Part shown: positions 27,956 through 36,363 of the stretch, in pieces
Numbering within the stretch: the first letter of the stretch is position 1
Layout of the letters: every line of letters starts with the position of its first letter
DNA from: an uncultured Gammaproteobacteria bacterium
GTDB taxonomy: Bacteria; Pseudomonadota; Gammaproteobacteria; Pseudomonadales; Azotimanducaceae
NCBI GenBank assembly: GCA_963812255.1
Contig: CAWEUM010000007.1
Location: 51,347-115,346, forward strand
Direction: 5' to 3'
Length of the DNA: 64,000 nucleotides
Program-made: the position numbers and the translations under genes
Notes under the pieces: model-generated
Told to the model about the DNA's origin: nothing
Database searches by the model: none
The model's input: the letters and a program-made list of their open reading frames with translations, nothing else

Positions 27956-29722
27956 TCAGTTCCTGGTCCCCAGTCGGCGGCCCACGAAGCCGACCTTCTT
28001 CATCAACGAAATGAACCGCGGTTCCGACCGTAGCGGGTCGAAGATCCGATCGTTCCTGAGCCACCCCAGCCACTGCGAATCGGCTTCGTAAGCCTGTTCC
28101 AGATAATCGAGCGCACGCGCACGATCGCCCAGACCTAGAGACACGATTGCGAGATTGAACGGCGCAACGTACCCGTGCAACGATCTCTGCTGCAGTTCCT
28201 TGATGGCTTCGAGGGCGCGCGTTCGATCGCCGGTAGCAGCGCCCGTAGCCGCATAGGCATAGCCGAGCCATGCAATCGCAAACGCCGGCGGCTCCATCGT
28301 CTTGGCCCTTTCCAGTTCCCGAATAGCGTCGCGAACTTGGCCCGCCTGAATGTCGATCCAGCCTGTTGAATATGGTGCAGAGAAGAAGTTTGGATCGAGG
28401 TACGCGGCCCGCGCCGCCCGCACTTTGGCCTCCTGATACTTTCCCTGCCAGGCAAGCGCAAACGTGCCGTCAATGGCTACCTGGGGTGATAGCGGGTCCA
28501 GCTCGGTGGCGATCCGGGTCTCCGCAATCGATTCGTCGAATCTGCCCTGGAGTGCGAGGGATACAGCGAACTGAGAATGAGCGAACGCATAATTCGGATT
28601 GAGCGCGAGCGCCCGTCGAAATTCCGCCTCAGACCCGGACCAGTCGTATTCATAGTTGAGCTTGAACACCGCGAGGGACGTGTGCGCTTCCGCGGAATCA
28701 TCGTCCAGTCGAACCGCTTGTTCGGCCGCCGACTTTGCCTTCGCCCTGGCTTGTGTCGACGTAAAGACACTCTCGTTGACGCCCGCCCAGAGGTACGCAT
28801 CAGACAAGCCGGAATATGCGGGTGCAAAGCCGGGGGCCAGCTTCACGGCGAGTTCGAATTGCGCAATTGCTTTGCTGAGATTTTCATCGCTCGGGCGGTT
28901 GAAGAAATAGCGCCCCTTAAGATAAGCGTCATACGCATCGGATTCGACAGTCGGCGCGCTGGACAGTCGCGACCGTTCGCCCGGCGTCAGTTGCACATCG
29001 ATCTCGCGCGCGATGGTCGTGGCGAGTTCTGCCTGTAGCGCGAGTACGTCACGGGAGTTGCCATCGAAACTCTTCGCCCACAGATGCTTGTCCGCTCGGG
29101 CGTCGATCAGTTGTGCCGTGATCCGCACTTGGTCACCAACCCGCTGGACCGAGCCTTCGAGAACCGCGTCCACGTCGAGGATTTTCGCGATCTCGGGCGT
29201 TGCCGGACGATGGTCACCTTTGAACTGCGTCGTGGAGCCGCGCGAGATCACCCGCAGCGTGCTGATCGTCGCGAGGTCTGCAGTCAACTGATCGGTCATG
29301 CCTTCCGCGAAATAGTCCTGCTTCGCATCGCCGGAGTAATTGTCGAGCGGCAGTACAGCGATCGAGCGGATCGTGTGCGTCGGGTTTGCTGTCTCTGCTG
29401 TACTCGCCACTCGCTCCGGCGACGCTCGGTCCGGCGCGAGAAACCATATGACCGCGCCGCCGATCGTCAGCAGCAGCGCGAGGATGACCAACTCCGTCCC
29501 GGATACGCGCTGTGCACCCCGCTCGCCGTGGTACCAGGCAAGCAGACACGCAACGAAGAAACCGAGCACGAGAATCAGCGTGATGCCGCGCTGCACATCG
29601 GCGGGCCATTCGAACTGATGCGCAACGATGTCGACGCCCTGCAACAACGCAAACGCTGCCGCGGCATACGCGAGCGCCCACTGCACCAGCTTGCGCTGCT
29701 TGAGCTGCGCGATCAGCGCCAT
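27956..29722 (-). CDS. membrane-anchored TPR-repeat protein
   Basis: N-terminal KQRKLVQWALAYAAAAFALLQ segment plus TM helices, a central TolB-N-like region and C-terminal TPR-like repeats (AxxxYxxAL patterns). Confidence 0.7.
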   Translation of the reverse strand: MALIAQLKQRKLVQWALAYAAAAFALLQGVDIVAHQFEWPADVQRGITLILVLGFFVACLLAWYHGERGAQRVSGTELVILALLLTIGGAVIWFLAPDRASPERVASTAETANPTHTIRSIAVLPLDNYSGDAKQDYFAEGMTDQLTADLATISTLRVISRGSTTQFKGDHRPATPEIAKILDVDAVLEGSVQRVGDQVRITAQLIDARADKHLWAKSFDGNSRDVLALQAELATTIAREIDVQLTPGERSRLSSAPTVESDAYDAYLKGRYFFNRPSDENLSKAIAQFELAVKLAPGFAPAYSGLSDAYLWAGVNESVFTSTQARAKAKSAAEQAVRLDDDSAEAHTSLAVFKLNYEYDWSGSEAEFRRALALNPNYAFAHSQFAVSLALQGRFDESIAETRIATELDPLSPQVAIDGTFALAWQGKYQEAKVRAARAAYLDPNFFSAPYSTGWIDIQAGQVRDAIRELERAKTMEPPAFAIAWLGYAYAATGAATGDRTRALEAIKELQQRSLHGYVAPFNLAIVSLGLGDRARALDYLEQAYEADSQWLGWLRNDRIFDPLRSEPRFISLMKKVGFVGRRLGTRN

Positions 29723-29826
29723 GGTGTCACCGGACTACCCGATCTCAATCGGAGGACCGATCGCATGCGACTCGTCAGCGGCAATTTCCGAAATGCGAGT
29801 GTAGCCGATCCATCAATGCTCTCCCG

Positions 29827-30684
29827 CTAACGCAATCTCCGCAGCAGCGACTCCTGCCGTACACTGACCAGCAATTCACCTTCACGCGAAAAAAGACGAC
29901 CATCGTTCAGCCCTCGGCCGTCCGCGGTCGCAATGCAGTGGGCATCGAACAACGTCCACTGCCTGACGTCAGCGGTGCGATGGAACCAGAGAGTGTGGTC
30001 CAGGCTCATGTGCTGATGCGTTCCGAACGGATCGCCATGCAGGATTGCTGCGCAAAACGGAAGTGGGCCATCCGAGATGAACGCCAGCATCATCTGATTC
30101 TGTCTGTCTGAGAGCGGTTCCGACTCGAGCACCCTCAGCCAGTTGCGGATGTCGACTGAGCGCGCTTCGCCGTCGATCAACTCCGCCCGCGACTCAAACG
30201 CATTGGTGGTTTGTTCCAGCTCAACGCGGCCGCCGGCAGTCGGTGGGCCTGCGGGCGTTGGCCGGCCCGATGCTTCACGCTGCGCTCGGGCGATTTCCGG
30301 CGCAACAACTTGTGGCATGTCGGATTGGAACAGTTCGTCTTCGTCTCGCAACTTCAGCGAAGCCGCCATCGAAAAAACTACATCGTCGTTCTGGGTTGCG
30401 ACGACTCTACGCGACGAAAATGACTTTCCATCCCGCAATGTCTCGACACCGTAGTGGATCGGCAAGCCGCTATCGCCGGTCTTGTGGTAGTAAGCGTGAA
30501 TCGAATGCGTCAGCTTGTTTTCATCCACCGTTGCAAACACCGCCGACAGCGACTGTGCGACAAAATGGCCACCATAGATGCGGCCGGGGACACCATAGGG
30601 TTCCGTATCACCAACGAAAACATTGCGTTTGGCCGATGGCCGAACAGTCAGAAGATCGACGATACCTCTCGCATACTCGGACAT
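29827..30684 (-). CDS. tesB: acyl-CoA thioesterase II
   Basis: 285-aa double-hotdog-sized ORF. RIYGGHFVAQSL resembles TesB (R.VFGGQV.GQAL). Confidence 0.8.
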   Translation of the reverse strand: MSEYARGIVDLLTVRPSAKRNVFVGDTEPYGVPGRIYGGHFVAQSLSAVFATVDENKLTHSIHAYYHKTGDSGLPIHYGVETLRDGKSFSSRRVVATQNDDVVFSMAASLKLRDEDELFQSDMPQVVAPEIARAQREASGRPTPAGPPTAGGRVELEQTTNAFESRAELIDGEARSVDIRNWLRVLESEPLSDRQNQMMLAFISDGPLPFCAAILHGDPFGTHQHMSLDHTLWFHRTADVRQWTLFDAHCIATADGRGLNDGRLFSREGELLVSVRQESLLRRLR

Positions 30685-30818
30685 GTTAGCAACCCCCGGC
30701 GTACGGCCGATTCAGATTCTCGTAGCGGTTCGGGTCCAGAACGCGGTTCTTCAATGCGGCGTCGTGGGATCGAAGTGCCCACAGGATGAGTCCATCGGGA
30801 TGACGCTCTGAACGTGCC

Positions 30819-31910
30819 ATGACCGCCGCCCCTCGGCCCTCAATAGTATCGGCGCCGTCGCGTGCGGTGCAAGCAAGACGACTGGACTCAGGCGCGGTTG
30901 ACGTAGCAGGAATCGACAGCGTACAACCGTCGTGGGGGAATAGAGGGGAACGCGCATGGGGTCGTCTATTGTTCGCTGTGTCGCTGGTCATCCTGCCGCT
31001 CGAAGCACTCGGCGCGTGGTCGATCGAGCGCACGCCTGAACGCGTCGCGCGCGGTGAGTACCTGGTCAAAGCTGTCGTCGGGTGCCGCGGCTGCCACAGT
31101 GAACGTGACCTCGGCAAATGCAGCTACCCACCGAAAGCGGGCCGGGAGTTGGCCGGCGGGATCGTCTTCAGGAATATCGGTCCGCATGCGGTTTCCCCGA
31201 ATATCACGCCGTACGCGCTCGCCGACTGGACCGATCAACAGATAGTCGACGCCGTTACACGTGGTATCAGCAAGGATGGCCGCCATTTGCATCGCGTGAT
31301 GCCGGCCTCGGTCTACGCGATGATGGATCAGGCGGATCTGTACGCGATCATTGCGTACCTTCGCACCATACCGGGCATCGCTGCTGACCCGTATCCTCAC
31401 GAGTTTGGCAACGTCGGCTCTGCAGCGTCGGAATTCCCGGAAACGAAGTTGCCGCGGAAGACAACAACGGACGTACAGAGGGGCGCGTATCTGGTCGGCA
31501 TCGCGGGCTGCAATGGCTGCCATCATGGTGACGGAGAGACGCCGGACTCAGGTCCAGCTTTCATTGGCGGCAAGGAGTTCAAGCTACCGGGACGCGGGTT
31601 CATCCGATCGGCCAATCTCACGTCCGATGTGGCCACCGGTCTGGGCGCATACACGCGTGAAGCCTTCATTGCGCGTGTGAAGGGTATGCGCGGCAGTGAG
31701 AAAGTGGCAATCGAATACGGCAAGCCCAACACCGTGATGCACCGGTGGGCGTATGCCAACATGACCGACGCCGACCTTGGGGCGATTTACAGCTATCTGC
31801 ACACGCTCGCGCCGGTGTCGAATCGAGTGATCAGATTCGAACCGCTTCCGGGCAAAGTGGCGAGCCCCAATTGGAGCGAGATCAACTCGGGAAACGCGGC
31901 GGCGCGATGA
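30819..31910 (+). CDS. c-type cytochrome (two CxxCH motifs); start uncertain
   Basis: CRGCH and CNGCH motifs and a hydrophobic signal-like segment LLFAVSLVILPL. The only in-frame canonical starts are ATG 30819 and GTG 30867, and neither has an SD. See the finding on the out-of-frame SD+ATG at 30956. Confidence 0.7.
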   Translation: MTAAPRPSIVSAPSRAVQARRLDSGAVDVAGIDSVQPSWGNRGERAWGRLLFAVSLVILPLEALGAWSIERTPERVARGEYLVKAVVGCRGCHSERDLGKCSYPPKAGRELAGGIVFRNIGPHAVSPNITPYALADWTDQQIVDAVTRGISKDGRHLHRVMPASVYAMMDQADLYAIIAYLRTIPGIAADPYPHEFGNVGSAASEFPETKLPRKTTTDVQRGAYLVGIAGCNGCHHGDGETPDSGPAFIGGKEFKLPGRGFIRSANLTSDVATGLGAYTREAFIARVKGMRGSEKVAIEYGKPNTVMHRWAYANMTDADLGAIYSYLHTLAPVSNRVIRFEPLPGKVASPNWSEINSGNAAAR

Positions 31911-32223
31911 ATCGGCGACATCGAGTTGCTTCTTCCACGTGCGCCACGCGGAGGCATTGATGACAACGTTGCCGAGATGCACGCGTCGCATCGAACCCGA
32001 TCGATCACGACGTCACGAAATCACTGTATCTGGTGGATCCGAATAGGTGGAATTGGTACGCGTAGTCGCCGACAACTTTGAGAGGAATAGTTGCTCGAAC
32101 GAGGGGCACCGAAGCGCGATGTCCAAGTTGGTTGAGAGTGTGTTTCTGGAGGTGTTTGATCCACTGAGCGCATGATTTCGAACAACTGGACGCGAACACA
32201 GTGCGACGACAGAGTAATCCAAC

Positions 32224-32897
32224 ATGAAAGAAGCGCTCGGTGTTTCCCAGCGCAAAACCATCTACGCGCGCATCTCTCGGCGCTACGACCATCAGCACGC
32301 TTTCACCACTGCCGGGTCGGATCAGCGAGGTCGGGCCATGCTCGTCGAGCACGCGGTACGTGCCGGCGGCGTTGTGCTCGATTGCGGCGCCGGCACCGGA
32401 ACGACAGGCATTCTTGCCGCGAGGAAGGCGGGTCCGAATGGCCGCGTGACGCTATTTGAACTGAGCGATGAAATGCTGAACGTCGCGCGCGCGAAAGTTG
32501 CTCGCGATCACTTGGCCACGAAGATCGAGTCCCGCAGCGGCGACATGGTTGATCTGCCGTTCGAGGACGACACGTTCGACGTCGTTCCATCCACCTATAG
32601 CCTGTGGTGCCCCCTATACGATCCGGTGAAAGGCGCGCTGGAGATGTATCGAGTGACCAGACCCGGTGGCAGGATCGGCGCGGCGCATTCGACGGGACCC
32701 GAGGGCGTTTCGTGAAGGCGCTGGCCGACAACGTCGAAGACATCGTCTGGCGCTTTCCGAATCTCTCTATGGGATGGCGGGTGGTCGAAGTTCTGCCTGC
32801 GCTCGAACAGGCGGGAGGGCGTGTGCTGCTGCAGCGTCGGATCGGCGTTCCTCTATGGCCCTTCCTGGTCTTGATTGTCGAGAAGCCGGTCAATTGA
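32224..32897 (+). pseudogene. class I SAM-dependent methyltransferase with an apparent -1 frameshift near 32690-32712 (or a sequencing error)
   Basis: ORF 32224..32715 carries VLDCGAGTG and stops after ...AAHSTGPEGVS. The expected C-terminus (FVKALADNVEDIVWRFPNLSMGWRVVEVLPALEQAGGRVLLQRRIGVPLWPFLVLIVEKP) continues in the frame of ORF 32604..32897. Confidence 0.6.
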
Positions 32898-32942
32898 CGG
32901 CGAGGCGCCCAACCCAAATGCAATTGCCTGAACGCAAGTGCC

Positions 32943-33965
32943 TCAGTGTTGCGCCGGCGCCGGTTCCAACCCCTGCGAATACAGCACCCGGCCATCCGGC
33001 GTCACCAGAATCGCATCGACGTCGCCGAGCCCGTTGTAGACCTTCATCGCTTCATCGGGCCCCAGCACGAACGCGGTCTTCGACAAACCGTCGGTACGCG
33101 TTGCCGTCGGCGCCAGGATCGTCGCGCTGCGCACCTTGCTCGCCGAATGGCCGGTATGCGGATCGATGATGTGGTGATAACGCACGCCATTCTCCTCGAA
33201 GTAGCGTTCGTAATCGCCGGAGGTCGAGATGGCGGTGTCGACGAGCGGAATCTTCGCGATCACCTTCGTCTGGTCGTCAGGGTGGCGAATCGCGACGACC
33301 CACGGCTTGCCGAATCGGTCGCCGATGATGCGGCTGTCGCCGCCCGCAGTGACCAACGCATGTGTGATGCCCATCGATTGCAAGATCGCGATTCCGCTAT
33401 CGACCGCATGCCCTTTGGCGATGCCGCCGAGATCGATGCGCACACCCGGCTGGGTAAAGAACACGGTGTGTGCCTTCGGATCGAGCACGATGTGGTGATA
33501 GTTGAGCGCCGGCAGCGCCGAATCGATCTGCGCCTCCGTCGGCCGTTTGTGGGCGTGGAAGTCGTACATGAAGCCGACGCTCGCATAGGTGATGTCGAAT
33601 GCGCCGTGGGTGATGCGGGAATACTCGAGCGAGGTCGACAGCAGATCGTACAATTCCAGGCTGATGGCCACCGGACGCTTTGCCGCATTGTCGTTGACGC
33701 GCGAAACTTCGCTGTCGGGTTTGTACGTACTCATGTCGCGGTCGACGCGTCGCATGTCGTCCATCACCGCATCGATCGCTTTGTTAGCGGCCTTCTCATC
33801 ATCGGACCACAGTTCCACGACGATGCGCGTTCCCATGATGCCGTCGTTGGTGCGCTCGAACCATTCCGCGTGAGCCGTGTTCGCCAACGCGAAACCCAGT
33901 CCGGCCGCGATGAGCACACGCCATGCATGAATGCCCGATTTACGCATTCGAATCAAATCTCCCAT
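32943..33965 (-). CDS. apbE: FAD:protein FMN transferase (ApbE family), secreted/lipoprotein-like
   Basis: Signal-like N-terminus, a DLGGIAKGHAVD motif and SGDYERYF. Confidence 0.9.
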   Translation of the reverse strand: MGDLIRMRKSGIHAWRVLIAAGLGFALANTAHAEWFERTNDGIMGTRIVVELWSDDEKAANKAIDAVMDDMRRVDRDMSTYKPDSEVSRVNDNAAKRPVAISLELYDLLSTSLEYSRITHGAFDITYASVGFMYDFHAHKRPTEAQIDSALPALNYHHIVLDPKAHTVFFTQPGVRIDLGGIAKGHAVDSGIAILQSMGITHALVTAGGDSRIIGDRFGKPWVVAIRHPDDQTKVIAKIPLVDTAISTSGDYERYFEENGVRYHHIIDPHTGHSASKVRSATILAPTATRTDGLSKTAFVLGPDEAMKVYNGLGDVDAILVTPDGRVLYSQGLEPAPAQH

Positions 33966-33968
33966 TCA

Positions 33969-34751
33969 TCAGATACCGGCGTACCACGCGTAGCCGCGGT
34001 CTGGCCAATAGCCGCCGTTGCCGCCGTACAGCGCATCGAACTTTTCAACCAGTTCGATACGCATGATGTACTTCGCCATCTTGTAACCGAGCTGGCGTTC
34101 GATGCGAACGCGAATCGGCGCACCATTGGCGATCGGCAGGTCGGCGTCGTTGAGGCCATACGCGAGGATCGTCTGCGGATGGTGCGCATCGACCATGTCG
34201 ATGCTCTCGTAGTACGACTGCGTGCCGTCTCGGCCCATCGGGTCGGCACAGTGAAACACCACATAGTGCGCGTTCGGTAGCGGTTGCACCCGAGCGAGCA
34301 CATCGTACAGCGGCACGCCGGTCCATTTGCCGATTGCACTCCAGCCCTCGACGCAATCGTGACGGGTGATCTGGGTCCGCCTCGGCATCGCTTTGAGGTC
34401 CGCGAGCGACAACTGCGTGGGCTGCGCAACGAGCCCGTCTATTCGCAACCGCCAGTCGACAAACGCATTCGCTGCGAGCGCGTCGTACGCGGCACTGCGC
34501 GGATGCGACGTACCGTTGCTGCGAAATGGACCGGTGATATCCGCTTCAGTGAATTCCTGCGCGAGCGCATCGCGGCCGAGCAGCAGCCGTTGGCTCGCCA
34601 ACGTCAATGTTTCGCCGGTTTTCAGTAGATTCGAAAACCACGGCGCGGCATTCAGCTTGTCGCAGCCAGAGACGACAACTGCCGAAAACGCACCGACTGC
34701 GACGCGCAGAAATCCACGGCGCGACCCACCCGCATTGATACGCTCAGGCAT
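33969..34751 (-). CDS. molybdopterin-dependent oxidoreductase (sulfite-oxidase/YedY fold), Tat-exported
   Basis: Twin-arginine motif SRRGFL and the RHDCVEGWS motif of the Mo-binding domain. Confidence 0.85.
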   Translation of the reverse strand: MPERINAGGSRRGFLRVAVGAFSAVVVSGCDKLNAAPWFSNLLKTGETLTLASQRLLLGRDALAQEFTEADITGPFRSNGTSHPRSAAYDALAANAFVDWRLRIDGLVAQPTQLSLADLKAMPRRTQITRHDCVEGWSAIGKWTGVPLYDVLARVQPLPNAHYVVFHCADPMGRDGTQSYYESIDMVDAHHPQTILAYGLNDADLPIANGAPIRVRIERQLGYKMAKYIMRIELVEKFDALYGGNGGYWPDRGYAWYAGI

Positions 34752-35580
34752 CGGGCGCCTCCGGTTCGTCGAGCGGTTCTATCCCAAAGTGCCCGCTGAT
34801 CATTGAACGCACGTTGTTCCACAGCCCGTAGGCAATCACGAGAAAGACGTGCAGCGCGGTGAACGCAACCAACGCGAGTGCAAGCACGAAGTGTAACGTG
34901 CGCGCCGATTGCCTGCCGCCGAACACGTCCACCCATCCCGGCAGTACCGCATCGAGCGCCGGCGACATAGCGAATCCCATCAGAATCACGCCCGGCAGCA
35001 AAACGAAGATCACGCTGAGATACGCCAGCTTCTGCAGCACGTTGTACGCGCGCGCAGCGTCACCCTTCGGATGGCGGAAACGCACGTGATCTTTGATCGA
35101 TTGCCAGATCGAGCCGAGATCGCTACGAGTCGGCGTGAGATCGCGCGACAGATGCCGGCTGACGAGCGACCAGACCACGTAGGCAAATCCGTTGACAAGG
35201 AACACCCACATGAAAAAAAAGTGCCAGCGCCGCGCATCGGCCAGCGAATAAGTCGACGGAATCGTCAGCCAATGCGGAAACGCCAGCATCGACGGCGATC
35301 CGCGCGCGTCCGGCGCAACACCAAACCACCCGGTGGTATCGAACGAGCGACCGAACACGGTGGTCACACCGCGCAGGCCGCCAGCGCCATCGCGAACTGC
35401 GCCGATGCTCAGTACCTCTGGCGCACCACCGTAAGACTGTTGGCCCCAGTTCAGCATCGGGTGCGCGTTGAAGATCATCAGCCCGCTCATCAGCATCAGG
35501 AAAAACGCGACCACGTTGATCCAGTGCATGATCCGAACCGGCAAGCGGTGTCGGTAGTACAGTTCGCGGCGAGCAGCCAT
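34744..35580 (-). CDS. cytochrome b (Ni/Fe-hydrogenase b-type / cytochrome b561-like) membrane subunit
   Basis: Start at ATG 35580 (MAARRELYYRHRLPVRIMHWINVVAFFLML...) with His-containing TM helices. It overlaps the downstream molybdoenzyme gene by 8 nt and shares 1 nt with the upstream stop (TGATG). Confidence 0.85.
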   Translation of the reverse strand: MAARRELYYRHRLPVRIMHWINVVAFFLMLMSGLMIFNAHPMLNWGQQSYGGAPEVLSIGAVRDGAGGLRGVTTVFGRSFDTTGWFGVAPDARGSPSMLAFPHWLTIPSTYSLADARRWHFFFMWVFLVNGFAYVVWSLVSRHLSRDLTPTRSDLGSIWQSIKDHVRFRHPKGDAARAYNVLQKLAYLSVIFVLLPGVILMGFAMSPALDAVLPGWVDVFGGRQSARTLHFVLALALVAFTALHVFLVIAYGLWNNVRSMISGHFGIEPLDEPEAPDA

Positions 35581-36350
35581 CAGTGCCGTCCGGCGAGCAC
35601 CAGCGTCTGGTGGGTAAAGCGCAGTTCTCCGTCTTCCCGGCGCACCTCGAGACCGGTCCCGTCGTTGGCCAACGCCTCGGTAAAGCGGCGCCGAATTTCG
35701 GTTTCTGCGGCGGGATCCGGCCCACCGTGCGCGAGCCACTCGGTCACGCCATAGTGCATGCGACCGGGCAGGTCGATCACGATCTCAAGATCGTTGGCCA
35801 GGAATAACGCGCGCAGCTGCTCGGGCGGCAGCGCGCGCACGTGGGTTGGATCGCACAACCGCTCGATCGCATTGTGGGCACGCGCAAACTGCGCATTCGA
35901 CGACGTAACCAGATCCGCCACCAAAACCGTGCCACCTGCCCGTACCACCCGGCACATTTCGGCGAGCACGCGCGCTGGATTCGGAAAGTGATGGAACGCC
36001 GCCCGGCACACGACGATGTCGAACTGACCGTCCGCATACGGCAATGCGGTGGCATCGCCGGATTCAAATCGGACATTCGCGATGCCGCGCTCAACGGCAT
36101 TCCGGCGCGCGATCTCGAGCAGCGCGTCGGTCGCATCGATTCCCGTTGCGTCGGCGCACCGCACGGCAAACGCGAGCGTCAGAAATCCCGGGCCACACGC
36201 AACGTCGAGCACGCGCGCCGAGACATCGGGCGCCAGCAGCGAGACCAGCTTCGCGTGCGCGTCGGTGTTCTTGGCTTGCGCGCTGTCCGCATAGGCCGTC
36301 GCCTGACGGGTGAACTGCTCGCGAATCTGTTCGACGTGTTCGCTTGGCAT
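35580..36350 (-). CDS. class I SAM-dependent methyltransferase
   Basis: VLDVACGPG motif and DIVVCRAAFHHF. Start at ATG 36350 with AGAGGGA upstream. Confidence 0.85.
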   Translation of the reverse strand: MPSEHVEQIREQFTRQATAYADSAQAKNTDAHAKLVSLLAPDVSARVLDVACGPGFLTLAFAVRCADATGIDATDALLEIARRNAVERGIANVRFESGDATALPYADGQFDIVVCRAAFHHFPNPARVLAEMCRVVRAGGTVLVADLVTSSNAQFARAHNAIERLCDPTHVRALPPEQLRALFLANDLEIVIDLPGRMHYGVTEWLAHGGPDPAAETEIRRRFTEALANDGTGLEVRREDGELRFTHQTLVLAGRH

Positions 36351-36363
36351 GCCTCGAGTCCCT

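Noticed and set aside
32005-32352. 115-aa minus-strand ORF in the low-GC spacer, considered as a possible integrase or transposase remnant (contains ...LGH...).
   Set aside because: The spacing to any Tyr/His catalytic motif is wrong and I recognised no other family signature. It also overlaps the methyltransferase start.
32946-34280. 444-aa ORF antisense to apbE and the molybdoenzyme gene.
   Set aside because: This is a shadow ORF. The opposite strand carries unmistakable ApbE and Mo-binding motifs.
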